A stretch of 64,000 nucleotides of DNA. Source: an uncultured Isosphaeraceae bacterium. GTDB taxonomy: Bacteria; Planctomycetota; Phycisphaerae; Phycisphaerales; SM1A02. The notes below the pieces were generated by a model. It was not told where the DNA came from. It saw nothing but the letters and a program-made list of their open reading frames with translations, and did no database searches. A program made the position numbers and the translations under genes. Positions 18,196 to 27,894 of this stretch are shown here, one piece after another; position 1 is the first letter of the stretch; the number at the start of each line of letters is the position of its first letter. The stretch lies in contig CAZJKE010000001.1 in assembly GCA_964546585.1 (NCBI GenBank), positions 27,521 to 91,520 on the forward strand, given 5' to 3'.

Positions 18196-19173
18196 TTACT
18201 CCCCCGCTTGTCCATCGAAATCGTACCGCGCTTGCCAATCATTGAACGCCTCGGCCATCGACGGCGGAAGACGCAGTTCCGTGCCGGGATTGCTCCGAGC
18301 GCTGTCCAACTGTTCGCAACACCCATCCATCCACACGGGGTCCTCGGCCAACCCAAAGTGCTCTCGAACTCTGGTGAGTTCCTCGCGGGGCTGCTCAGTC
18401 AGCCGGTCGTAGCGTACCTCGATTAGCCGATCGCCGAGGAGATCGCGGTGCCGCTCGATTTCGCCAAGGCTGATGAGCCACTCCAGAGCGCCGCGGGCAA
18501 GGTCGCCATCGATAGCACCCAGGTCCTCCTTGAACCAGTCGTAGACGGCTGCGTCCCGAACAAGTGCTTCCCACTTGCAGTCATCTCGTCCCCACCATTG
18601 ATTCCAATCCCCACCTCCCCCGAGTTGATACGAGTTGGTGCGGGCGAGGCGTTCAATGGAGCGTACGACATCAACTCCATTCCGAACCAGATGCATGACC
18701 TTGCAGCCGGGCGCAACTCCGGCAATGAACGGAATCCGCATGGCATTGATGGGCGACTTCTCGATCAAACATGACCGTTGACCACCGCGGCGCATCTCTG
18801 CCCGCATGCAGCGTGCGAACCGGCCGCAGGCCGCTTCCGTCACCGCCTCCTCGCCCATGATGCATCTGGGCGGCTTCCTCGCATCACCAAAGAACCGAAC
18901 CATGTCGCTCGCCGGATCCACAGCTCGCCAGATGTAATAGGGCTCGCGGAGGTAGTGCACCTGTGGGTGCGCACCGAGCAGCGCCCCCGCGATCGTGGTA
19001 CCTGATCGCCCGCATCCCAGTACGAAACATGGCGGCGGCGCAAGGGGCGAATCATCCTCTCCACCGGCCTCCCGTGTGGCGCGGCGGTAGAGCCGCCCGT
19101 ACTTCATCGAGCGTGCCCAAGGCCGAATGGCGTCAAGAAGCCTTGCCATCGAAGGTGAATCGTAGCAGGCCAT
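18196..19173 (-). CDS. Sulfotransferase family protein
   Basis: PAPS-binding 5-prime-PSB-like loop VLGCGRSGTTI and RNGVDVVRS (3-prime-PB-like). ATG at 19173. Confidence 0.7.
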   Translation of the reverse strand: MACYDSPSMARLLDAIRPWARSMKYGRLYRRATREAGGEDDSPLAPPPCFVLGCGRSGTTIAGALLGAHPQVHYLREPYYIWRAVDPASDMVRFFGDARKPPRCIMGEEAVTEAACGRFARCMRAEMRRGGQRSCLIEKSPINAMRIPFIAGVAPGCKVMHLVRNGVDVVRSIERLARTNSYQLGGGGDWNQWWGRDDCKWEALVRDAAVYDWFKEDLGAIDGDLARGALEWLISLGEIERHRDLLGDRLIEVRYDRLTEQPREELTRVREHFGLAEDPVWMDGCCEQLDSARSNPGTELRLPPSMAEAFNDWQARYDFDGQAGE

Positions 19174-19190
19174 GCTCGTATACTCGCACC

Positions 19191-19592
19191 ATGCGCTGGC
19201 TCGCTCCGCTCCTTCTGCTCTGTGGATGCACCTCCTACAACCAAGTGGAGATCGAGGTGTCGGACACCCATGCGTTGCCGATTGCCAACGCCCAGATACA
19301 CACCGCTCCTGCCTATTTCTTCAACCCCAACCCCAAGAGCAGCCTGTTCCTTGGGGCAGGCCAGATCCTCTGGCCCTTCCCCGGTGAGGGGGTCGTAGCG
19401 TGGACCGACGAATCAGGTATCGCATCTCTTCGCGTAGTGTCAGGAAATCCATCGGCCATAACCGTTTTCGCCGACGGCCATGACCAGTGGCGTGGCATGC
19501 TGGTCCTCAAGCATGGCGAGGCGATCCTTCAGTCAGCCAACCGCCCGCTCCACTCGCTGCAGGTCGACGTGACGATGTCCCCAGACCAGTGA
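19191..19592 (+). CDS. Small putative lipoprotein
   Basis: MRWLAPLLLLCGCTSYNQ signal and lipobox-like sequence. ATG at 19191; the upstream part of the track ORF overlaps the sulfotransferase. Confidence 0.45.
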   Translation: MRWLAPLLLLCGCTSYNQVEIEVSDTHALPIANAQIHTAPAYFFNPNPKSSLFLGAGQILWPFPGEGVVAWTDESGIASLRVVSGNPSAITVFADGHDQWRGMLVLKHGEAILQSANRPLHSLQVDVTMSPDQ

Positions 19593-19620
19593 CTGCTTGA
19601 GGTAGACTGCCCCACCCCCG

Positions 19621-20436
19621 ATGACTCGCTCGCCCCTGTCGCTCCCCCAGCCTCGCGGATTTGGCCGTACTCGTCGGCAGGACGCATGGTGGCTGCAACC
19701 GCTGGTCGTCTTTCTGGGCCTTTCGGCATTCATTGTCTATTCGACATGGGCGGCCTTTCAGGGCACGAACTACCTGTACACCGGCGAAGGCGCGTCCTAC
19801 CTCTCGCCGTTTTATTCCCCGGAGATATTCGGTGACTCTGGCCACGCATGGTTGGGCCCGAAGCCTGCGGCTTGGCCGCAGTGGTTGCCGTTTTCGCCCG
19901 CGCTGCTCATTCTCTGGGCACCCGCTGGATTCAGGTTCACCTGCTACTACTACCGTGGCGCGTATTACAAGGCCTTCTGGGCAGATCCCTCGAACTGTGC
20001 TGTGGGCGAACTCCGTTCGTGCTATCGCGGCGAACATTCGCTGCCTTTGATTCTCCAGAACATCCATCGTTACTTCCTCTACCTGGCGATCGGCTTCATC
20101 GTCGTACTGGCCTGGGATGCGTGGAAGGCGATGTGGTTTACGAACCCCGATGGAGTAGCACACTTCGGCATCGGTGTGGGCACGGTGGTCCTGATCATCA
20201 ATGTTGTGCTGCTCGGCGGCTACACGCTCGGGTGCCATGTGCTGCGTCATCTGGTCGGCGGCCGCCGCAAGACGCTTTCCGACAAGCCAGTTCGCAGCAA
20301 GGCGTACTCCTGCGTGAGTTGCCTCAACAAGCGGCACATGCTTTGGGCGTGGATGAGCCTCTTCTGGGTCGGCTTCACTGATTTGTATGTACGGCTTTGT
20401 GCCGCGGGTATCTGGACGGACTGGAGAATCCTGTGA
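19621..20436 (+). CDS. sdhC: Succinate dehydrogenase/fumarate reductase membrane (cytochrome b-type) subunit
   Basis: Polytopic protein with conserved His in the TM helices. It lies directly upstream of sdhA and is coupled to it (GTGA at 20433-20436). Confidence 0.55.
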   Translation: MTRSPLSLPQPRGFGRTRRQDAWWLQPLVVFLGLSAFIVYSTWAAFQGTNYLYTGEGASYLSPFYSPEIFGDSGHAWLGPKPAAWPQWLPFSPALLILWAPAGFRFTCYYYRGAYYKAFWADPSNCAVGELRSCYRGEHSLPLILQNIHRYFLYLAIGFIVVLAWDAWKAMWFTNPDGVAHFGIGVGTVVLIINVVLLGGYTLGCHVLRHLVGGRRKTLSDKPVRSKAYSCVSCLNKRHMLWAWMSLFWVGFTDLYVRLCAAGIWTDWRIL

Positions 20437-22250
20437 CCGATAGGTACGCAACGCATGACTACGATGTGCTGGTGATTGGCGCCGGTGGCGCAGGCTTGCG
20501 CGCTGCGATTGAGGCGTCGGCCTGCGGCGTGTCTGTGGGTGTCGTGTGCAAGTCGCTGCTTGGAAAGGCACATACCGTGATGGCCGAGGGCGGCATGGCA
20601 GCGTCAATGGGGAATGTGGACGACCGCGACAACTGGAGGGTCCATTTCGCCGACACGATGCGAGGCGGCCAGTATTTGAACAACTGCAGGATGGCCGAGA
20701 TACATGCGAAAGAAGCGGCCGACCGCGTCCGCGAACTGGAAGCATGGGGAGCGATCTTTGATCGGACGAAGGATGGCAAGATCCTGCAGCGCAATTTCGG
20801 CGGACACAAGTACCCGCGCCTGGCCCATGTCGGCGACCGAACCGGGCTGGAGATGATCCGGACGCTGCAGGACCACGGTATTCATCAGGGCATTGACTTC
20901 CATATGGAAGTCACCATCACGAACCTGATCAAGGAAGAGAACCGTGTCGTTGCGGCCTTCGGGTACGAGCGTGAGAAGGGTCGTTTTCTTCTGTTCCGCG
21001 CCAAGGCCATCGTGCTCGCCACTGGTGGCATTGGCCGGGCATTCAAGATCACGAGCAACAGTTGGGAGTACACCGGGGACGGCCACGCGCTCGCGTATGA
21101 CGCGGGCGCCGATTTGATTGACATGGAGTTCGTGCAGTTTCATCCCACGGGCATGGTCTGGCCGCCGAGCGTGCGGGGCATTCTCGTGACCGAAGGCGTG
21201 CGCGGCGAAGGCGGCATTCTCAAGAACAGCGAAGGCGAGCGGTTCATGTTCGAGGATGTCCCCGACCTGTACAAGGACCAGACTGCCGATACTCCCGAAG
21301 AGGGTTGGCGGTATGTCACCGGCGACAAGGACGCGCGGCGGCCCCCGGAATTGCTGACGCGAGATCATGTTGCCAGAAAGATCGTCAAGGAAGTCAAGGA
21401 AGGTCGGGGCAGCCCGCATGGCGGTGCATTTCTCGACATTGCGTGGATCTCCGAGCACATCTCGGACGCCGCGACTCACATCAAGAAGAAACTGCCGAGC
21501 ATGCACCACCAGTTCAAGGAACTGGCTTGCGTGGATATCACGGAAGAACCGATGGAGGTTGGTCCGACTACGCACTACGTCATGGGTGGGATCCGGGTAG
21601 ACGCGGAATCGCAGATGTCCACTGTCGATGGATTGTTTGCCTGCGGGGAATGCGCTGCGGGCCTGCATGGAGCCAATCGACTTGGTGGCAATTCACTCTC
21701 GGACCTGCTGGTGTTCGGGAAACGTGCCGGCGAGTTCGCGGCGAAATTTGCGGACGATTGTTCTGGTGAAAATGCGATTGAGCGAGGTGTTGTCGAAAAG
21801 TTGGCTGACGCGGATCTTGAACCGCTGGAGCGGACCGAGGGCGAGAACCCCTACGCCATTCAACAGGATCTGCAGGAGACGATGCAGGATTTGGCAGGTA
21901 TTTCGAGGAGTCACGAGGGGCTCGAGGCCGCGTTGGGGCGGATTGCTGAATTGCGCGTACGAGCCCGCTCGGCCCATGCGCCGGGAAACCGGGAGTACAA
22001 CCCAGGCTGGCACACGGCCCTGGATCTCCACAACCTGCTCGTGGTCTCGGAAGCGCTGTGTCGCTCGGCGTTGCAGCGGACAGAGAGCCGCGGCGGGCAT
22101 TTCCACGAGGACCATCCGGAGAAGAGTGAGGAAGGCAGCACCTACAACACTGTGGCACGGCGAGGTTCCAGTGGCGGGATGGATGTCGAGCGCTTTCCGG
22201 TGGTTCCATTGACCGATGAACTCGCCGGTATCATCGAGGAGTTCGCCTGA
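20433..22250 (+). CDS. sdhA: Succinate dehydrogenase/fumarate reductase flavoprotein subunit
   Basis: DVLVIGAGGAGLRAA FAD fold, HTVMAEGG (covalent FAD His) and RGGHFHEDHP near the C-terminus. GTG start at 20433. Confidence 0.92.
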   Translation: MTDRYATHDYDVLVIGAGGAGLRAAIEASACGVSVGVVCKSLLGKAHTVMAEGGMAASMGNVDDRDNWRVHFADTMRGGQYLNNCRMAEIHAKEAADRVRELEAWGAIFDRTKDGKILQRNFGGHKYPRLAHVGDRTGLEMIRTLQDHGIHQGIDFHMEVTITNLIKEENRVVAAFGYEREKGRFLLFRAKAIVLATGGIGRAFKITSNSWEYTGDGHALAYDAGADLIDMEFVQFHPTGMVWPPSVRGILVTEGVRGEGGILKNSEGERFMFEDVPDLYKDQTADTPEEGWRYVTGDKDARRPPELLTRDHVARKIVKEVKEGRGSPHGGAFLDIAWISEHISDAATHIKKKLPSMHHQFKELACVDITEEPMEVGPTTHYVMGGIRVDAESQMSTVDGLFACGECAAGLHGANRLGGNSLSDLLVFGKRAGEFAAKFADDCSGENAIERGVVEKLADADLEPLERTEGENPYAIQQDLQETMQDLAGISRSHEGLEAALGRIAELRVRARSAHAPGNREYNPGWHTALDLHNLLVVSEALCRSALQRTESRGGHFHEDHPEKSEEGSTYNTVARRGSSGGMDVERFPVVPLTDELAGIIEEFA

Positions 22251-23026
22251 TGCGGGAAGTGACCTTCCGAATCTGGCGCGGCGAGGGGGCCAATGGCCAC
22301 TTCGCAGAGTATCGGACAGAGGTTGATGACGGCATGGTCGTGCTTGATGCAGTGCACGACATTCAGGCGGCCCAGACGCCGGATCTTGCCGTGCGATGGA
22401 ACTGCAAGGCTGGCAAGTGCGGCTCCTGTTCCGCGGAAGTCAACGGCATGCCGAAGCTCCTCTGCATGACACGGATGTCGTCGCTTCCACTCGATCGACC
22501 GATCACCATTGAACCCATGCAGGCATTTCCTCATGAGAAGGATCTCGTGACAGATGTCTCATGGAATTACGAGGCGAAGAAGACGATCATCCCGTTCAAA
22601 CCGCGACCACCCGATGCCCCTGATGGGACGTGGCGTGTGGCGCAGGAGGATGTCGAGCGGGCGCAGGAGTTCAGAAAGTGCATCGAGTGCTTCCTCTGTC
22701 AGGATGTCTGCCATGTCCTTCGGGATCATCACAAGTTTGATGCGTACATTGGCCCTCGGTTTTTCGTCCAGAGCGCAGCGCTCGAAATGAATCCACTCGA
22801 TGTCGAGAACCGTATCCCTGATCTGAAAAAGACGCAGGGTCTGGGCTACTGCAACATCACCAAGTGTTGCACCAAGGTCTGTCCCGAGCACATCACGATC
22901 ACCGACAATGCGATCATCCCTCTGAAAGAGCGAGTCGTCGATCAGTTCTACGATCCGATCACTCGATTCTTCCCCATCTTCCGCCCACAGGGTGTCGGGG
23001 ATCGGCCCCGGACGCCGTCTAGATGA
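22250..23026 (+). CDS. sdhB: Succinate dehydrogenase/fumarate reductase iron-sulfur subunit
   Basis: CKAGKCGSCSAEVNG (2Fe-2S), CIECFLCQDVC and CTKVCP cluster motifs. The ATG shares one base with the sdhA stop (TGATG). Confidence 0.9.
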   Translation: MREVTFRIWRGEGANGHFAEYRTEVDDGMVVLDAVHDIQAAQTPDLAVRWNCKAGKCGSCSAEVNGMPKLLCMTRMSSLPLDRPITIEPMQAFPHEKDLVTDVSWNYEAKKTIIPFKPRPPDAPDGTWRVAQEDVERAQEFRKCIECFLCQDVCHVLRDHHKFDAYIGPRFFVQSAALEMNPLDVENRIPDLKKTQGLGYCNITKCCTKVCPEHITITDNAIIPLKERVVDQFYDPITRFFPIFRPQGVGDRPRTPSR

Positions 23027-24653
23027 TGCCGACGGAGGCGATCGTGGTGTCGTCGTCGAGTTCCTTGCGGCCGGCGTGCTGCATGACGGCGACGAGCAGG
23101 CTCTTGACATCATTCTCCGAGGAATCCGACGCGCCGAGCACGGCGGCCACTCGCTCCATGCCAAACTGGTCACCACCGTTGCCTTGCTGCTCAACCACGC
23201 CGTCACTGAAAATCGCTACACGATCGCCCTTGCGAAACGAAAGAACCGCCGAAGCATAGGCCGAGGTGGAATCCACGCCGACGATACAACTGTCGGGCGT
23301 CGGCGCCGCGTCACACGCACCGCCCTCGCGTCGAACCATCCAATGACCGTGACCGGCATCGACATATCGCAATTCTTCCGCCTCCGCATCAAACACACCG
23401 ACCCAGAGCGTCAGAAACCGATTGAGCGCAGATCGGTCACATACAAATTCATTCAGCGCCGCCACGGCGACCGCTGGATCGCCGCTCTCCTCAAGGCGTG
23501 CGTGCAGGAATGACTGGCTGGCAGCCATGAGGATCGCTGCACCCGCCCCCTTGCCGCTGACATCCCCAACGCACAAACAAAGCCGCGACCCCGTCAGCGG
23601 CACAAGATCAAGAAGATCGCCGGATGCCTGCCGACCGGGCTTGAACAAGAATGCCCACTTGCACGCCTCCTGCGTACCCGTCGCCTCCGGCAGCATGAAC
23701 TGCTGGGCCTCTCTTGCGGCGGATAGATCCTGCTCCATCCTCTGTTGTCGCAACTGCATGTCCAACCGCCTCAGGTTTGCCACCGACAGCCCTGCCATTC
23801 GACACAGCGCCTGGCAGAACCCTGCCGCGTCGCTTTGCACCGCCCGCTCCTGCTGCCTCGCATCAAGATACAGATAGGCGATCAGCACATTGTCAATCAT
23901 GATCGGCGCGCACAGTGCTGAGTGAATGTTCAAGTCGGCGATGCTCTGCCCGAACGAACCAGTTTCCCCGGACAACAAACACGCTACATCGCCGCCACTG
24001 GCCCCACGCAAGAGCGAACGGCTGAATGTCGCCTTCGTACTGTCCCGCGAATCACCATCGAGATACGCCGCCACCTCCACCTCGTCATCACCGCCCACCT
24101 GTCGCAACATCGCCGCTCGCTGAAAGCCCGTCCCATCGATCGCCCACTGCACGAGCGAAGCCGCGAGTTCCTTCTCGTCCGCCGCAGCATTGATACTGCC
24201 AGCGAAGTCCATGAGCAGATTGAGCCGATGCTGCGCCAACGCGCCAAGTTCCGACTGGGCCAGCCGTTGCACCCGCTCATCCGCCGTCCCAGTATCGTCA
24301 ATGGTCCGCATCGATACCGGCGCCCCCGCCTTCAGCGCGAGCCGGAAGATCCAAGGCCCAATGCGGATCATGTCCCCTGGAGCCAACGGGATTGGCGAGT
24401 TCGGCTCGACCTGCACATCGTTGGCCTGCGTGCCGAGCCGGCTACCGAGATCGGTCAGAAGACAGCCAGAGTCGCCCGACTCCAACACGGCATGCTGGCG
24501 AGAGATCGTCCCATCCGGCAACCGGACATCGCACTTCGATGCGCGGCCGACAAGAAGCCGGTTACCAGGTTCAAGCCAAAAACCCTCGAACTCCGGGCCG
24601 AGCACCGGTTCGAACCAGAGCCTGTCAATTGCGGTAAGACTGTCCGTTGCCAT
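23019..24653 (-). CDS. FHA domain - GAF-like domain - PP2C/SpoIIE-type Ser/Thr phosphatase
   Basis: N-terminal FHA (LLVGRASKCDVRLPDGTISRQHAVLE..GTQANDV) and C-terminal PPM/SpoIIE motifs (SGDLLDL, GDVSGKGAGAA, FSDGVVE). Start set at ATG 24653. Confidence 0.8.
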   Translation of the reverse strand: MATDSLTAIDRLWFEPVLGPEFEGFWLEPGNRLLVGRASKCDVRLPDGTISRQHAVLESGDSGCLLTDLGSRLGTQANDVQVEPNSPIPLAPGDMIRIGPWIFRLALKAGAPVSMRTIDDTGTADERVQRLAQSELGALAQHRLNLLMDFAGSINAAADEKELAASLVQWAIDGTGFQRAAMLRQVGGDDEVEVAAYLDGDSRDSTKATFSRSLLRGASGGDVACLLSGETGSFGQSIADLNIHSALCAPIMIDNVLIAYLYLDARQQERAVQSDAAGFCQALCRMAGLSVANLRRLDMQLRQQRMEQDLSAAREAQQFMLPEATGTQEACKWAFLFKPGRQASGDLLDLVPLTGSRLCLCVGDVSGKGAGAAILMAASQSFLHARLEESGDPAVAVAALNEFVCDRSALNRFLTLWVGVFDAEAEELRYVDAGHGHWMVRREGGACDAAPTPDSCIVGVDSTSAYASAVLSFRKGDRVAIFSDGVVEQQGNGGDQFGMERVAAVLGASDSSENDVKSLLVAVMQHAGRKELDDDTTIASVGII

Positions 24654-24695
24654 GTTCCCATAGAGTAGTGGCAACCACCGCGAAGCGAAATGACA

Positions 24696-27590
24696 TCATT
24701 CGACCGGCCGGTTCGCCCTCCCGAACAGCAGATCAATGATGGACAACCCACCGCCGCCGCCCCCGCCGTACGCAAAGTCAGCGTTCAACGCCTTGTCTAT
24801 CCGCTGCGAGGCCTCCGCAAGATGGGCGGCCGTATACGGATCCAGCCCATTGATCGACACGGCGTCAATGCGTCCAGCAATGTCCCTCAGTTGCTGGCGA
24901 GAGAGGCTCTGCATGGTTCGCCGCGCGGGTGAGCGAGTGCTCTGCTCAAGGCTCAACTCGATCAGCCGGCCCAGATGTTCCACCTGCAGATTGCGACGCA
25001 GGTTGGAAATGGCCGGGCTCCGAATCGTGCCACTGGCACTCGGATCCGCCAATTCCGACCAAACCTCGTCGCTGACCGCAGCCATGAGTTCGGCCATCGA
25101 GAACGCATCCTGGTCAGCCGGGATCCGAAACTCTCCGTCGTACACATCCCCCAGCGTTCCCGGGTTCAACAAGAGCGTCAGCGCCGTGGCCTGAATCCCA
25201 CCAATTCGGTCGTGGATCGGCCAGGAAGGATCATCGAAGACCGACATGAAGTCACTTTCGTCCCAACGTTTCTCCACCGTCATCTTGCGGAGCAGCTCCG
25301 GGCTGAGGCCAAAGGCGTCATCCCGAAAACTATTTTTCAGCACGATGGACAGTGCCCGCCGCTGGACATCCGGAGCAATTTCTTCATTTGGATCGCGGTC
25401 GCCGGGGTCACCCTTGCGACTTCGATTCTGAATAACGCCGCCGATCCAGTCGGCAGCCTGCGAAACAGCAGAACTCTGTCGCCAAAGCAGCATTTCATAC
25501 CCTGCACGGGCCTTGGCCCAACTCTCACCGTCCTCCACCATGCGGTCGAGCAAAGTTTCTCGAAGCAACTGCACGAGCCGCACCTGCGACTCGGCGTAGT
25601 CCAGCGGATTCTTCGCCCAATCGAAGCGCCGCGCGGTCGGATCGGAACTGAAGGTGTCCTCGTCCGTTGCGTACGCCAACTGCGGCTCGTTCACGCGAGA
25701 GAGAATGTCCCCAAGGCCGTCATCCTCCGACGTGTAGCCGTACTCGATCGCCCAGAAGTCGTAGGGGCCGATCGTCATCATCGTAAAGTCGCCCTGCTGC
25801 GGCCCGTCATCGACATTGATGTTGATGGGCGAATACTCCATCACAGAGCCGCAGATCGCCTCCGGCTCAAATGTTTCGTCGTTCATTTCGGCCATGCCGT
25901 AGACGGTTGACGCCTTGAAGTTGTGTCGCAAGCCGAGCGTATGCCCGACCTCGTGCATGATCACATCTCGAAGCATGGGGCCGATGAACCAATCTGGCAC
26001 ACCATCCAACATGTCGGGACCGTCCTCGTCCTCTTCATCGGACGCGTCCGCATCGTCATCATCACCCTCACCCCCATCATCGCCATCAGCGTCATCGCCC
26101 TCATCATCCAGCATCATCAGAATGTCCGGATGCATACGGGCGAGCCCAAGTTCATACGACTGGATCATCGTGTTGAGGCATGCGCCATTCACCTGACTTG
26201 TTCGGCCCCAAAGCCCGTCGTATTCCTGATCGCCGATCAGACTCGAGTCTGACAACATCGCGGGGTGATTCTCTGCCGTTGCTGCGATCTCGGCCAAGAC
26301 ATCCTTGCGCATCGACGGCGGCGCCAATCGAACACGCGGATCCCAATCCGGGTGATCGCGGAGCCATGCCCGAGTCTCCAGATCGAAACTCTCCATGACA
26401 GTCTCAGGAATCAACTTCCTCCATGATCCAACCCAGCCGCGAATGAAACCTTCGTCCATCACGATGTCCGCATCAAGGATCTTGCCCGTCCGCGGATCGA
26501 CCCGGCTGGGGCCGATTGCAAAGCCCATGTTTGCATTCGTCCAGAGCAGGAAGTTGTATCGCGCATCCTCCGGGTCCTTTTCCATGTGCGCACCGGTTCG
26601 CGCATCCTGCTGGTATACCTCGATTGCATTGACAATACCGACCTGCTCAAACGCCTTGTTCCACTCAAGGATTCCATCGCGCACCCAGCGGCGATATCGC
26701 ACCGGAATTGTATGTTCCATGAAAAAGACGATCGGCTCCTTTGGTGGGCTGGTCTTCAGGCTCGGGTCGGCTTTCTCCAGGTCCCAGCGATTGATGAAAC
26801 GCACCCACGGATCATCATCCGACGGGTCGCCGATGTCGCGGTGACTTGTCGTGAAGTACCCAATGCGGTGATCCTCTTCGCGCGGTTGGTAATCGCCGTC
26901 TTCCGGAATGCTCCGAATGGAGTAGTAGATCGTTCCAAACCGTCCGCTGCGGAGTGGCAGGTCAAACGCGAGTTCAACATTCTCCGGGTAACTCTTGGCC
27001 TTGTGTATTGTCCCAAGGTCGGTTCTCGCTCCGCGAAGAGCACCACCAAAGAACTCCCCCGCCCCATGGAGGAAGAGCGATGTTCCATCGATCACCGGCC
27101 CGCCACCTGGTCCTTCGGAAAGGACCGGCACATCAAGCAGTACTTTGTCAGTAAAGACGCGCCCATACCCCTGCTGCGATTCGAAGTCACCACTGGTCTG
27201 CACCGCTAGATTCGGTTCAACAAGCAGCAGCCGGTCGCGAATCCGCAGCCAATGTGCAAACTGGTCACCCAACTGGACCCCGGATGTATCAACGCCGCCC
27301 GCAACGGTGTAGGCGATCAAGATCGGCTGGTTCTCAAACCCGGCGGGAAGTTCAATGAGCAGGTGATCATCCTTCTCTCGGCGATAGAGCGTGTACAGTC
27401 CGGGGTTTCCGTCGGCTGACGATATCACCGCCTCATGATCCTCGGACACCGAGTCGAACGGCGGCAACGCATCACCTCCGCCGCCGCCCATGGATCGGGG
27501 CCGGGCATGAGGATCGGGAAGACCGCCGGATGCATCTGCCGGCGAGGCGAGAGAGATCGCTGCTGCAATCATGAGGGTCGAAACGAACAT
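24696..27590 (-). CDS. Large secreted zinc metalloprotease (HExxHxxGxxHN type)
   Basis: Signal peptide MFVSTLMIAAAISLASPADA; active site HEVGHTLGLRHNF; 964 aa; an acidic low-complexity insert just upstream of the active site. Confidence 0.8.
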   Translation of the reverse strand: MFVSTLMIAAAISLASPADASGGLPDPHARPRSMGGGGGDALPPFDSVSEDHEAVISSADGNPGLYTLYRREKDDHLLIELPAGFENQPILIAYTVAGGVDTSGVQLGDQFAHWLRIRDRLLLVEPNLAVQTSGDFESQQGYGRVFTDKVLLDVPVLSEGPGGGPVIDGTSLFLHGAGEFFGGALRGARTDLGTIHKAKSYPENVELAFDLPLRSGRFGTIYYSIRSIPEDGDYQPREEDHRIGYFTTSHRDIGDPSDDDPWVRFINRWDLEKADPSLKTSPPKEPIVFFMEHTIPVRYRRWVRDGILEWNKAFEQVGIVNAIEVYQQDARTGAHMEKDPEDARYNFLLWTNANMGFAIGPSRVDPRTGKILDADIVMDEGFIRGWVGSWRKLIPETVMESFDLETRAWLRDHPDWDPRVRLAPPSMRKDVLAEIAATAENHPAMLSDSSLIGDQEYDGLWGRTSQVNGACLNTMIQSYELGLARMHPDILMMLDDEGDDADGDDGGEGDDDDADASDEEDEDGPDMLDGVPDWFIGPMLRDVIMHEVGHTLGLRHNFKASTVYGMAEMNDETFEPEAICGSVMEYSPININVDDGPQQGDFTMMTIGPYDFWAIEYGYTSEDDGLGDILSRVNEPQLAYATDEDTFSSDPTARRFDWAKNPLDYAESQVRLVQLLRETLLDRMVEDGESWAKARAGYEMLLWRQSSAVSQAADWIGGVIQNRSRKGDPGDRDPNEEIAPDVQRRALSIVLKNSFRDDAFGLSPELLRKMTVEKRWDESDFMSVFDDPSWPIHDRIGGIQATALTLLLNPGTLGDVYDGEFRIPADQDAFSMAELMAAVSDEVWSELADPSASGTIRSPAISNLRRNLQVEHLGRLIELSLEQSTRSPARRTMQSLSRQQLRDIAGRIDAVSINGLDPYTAAHLAEASQRIDKALNADFAYGGGGGGGLSIIDLLFGRANRPVE

Positions 27591-27894
27591 CGTGCTGTCT
27601 CCTGGAGAATGAACTGCCAGTGGCCATGAAATCCCATCGGGCGACCCATGGTACGAGCGTGACCCGCATGCGAGATCACCGATTATCGGGCATTTCTTCC
27701 CGAATTGCCGTAAACCAGCCTTTTTTGCCTTTCACAGTGGGGCATCATCGTTCACACTGTCAACAGCGGGCTTTGTCCCGCCTTATCTGCAGCCGATCAT
27801 CGATCGGCTACGAATACCTCCGCATAATCCTCATCTCCCTGATACGGGAGCAAGGGGACCGTGCAGCAATCTGAAGAAGTGGAGTTCATTCTCG

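Noticed and set aside
19507-20745. 412-aa minus-strand ORF
   Set aside because: Arg/Pro/Ser-rich shadow opposite sdhC and the start of sdhA, both of which have strong motif support.
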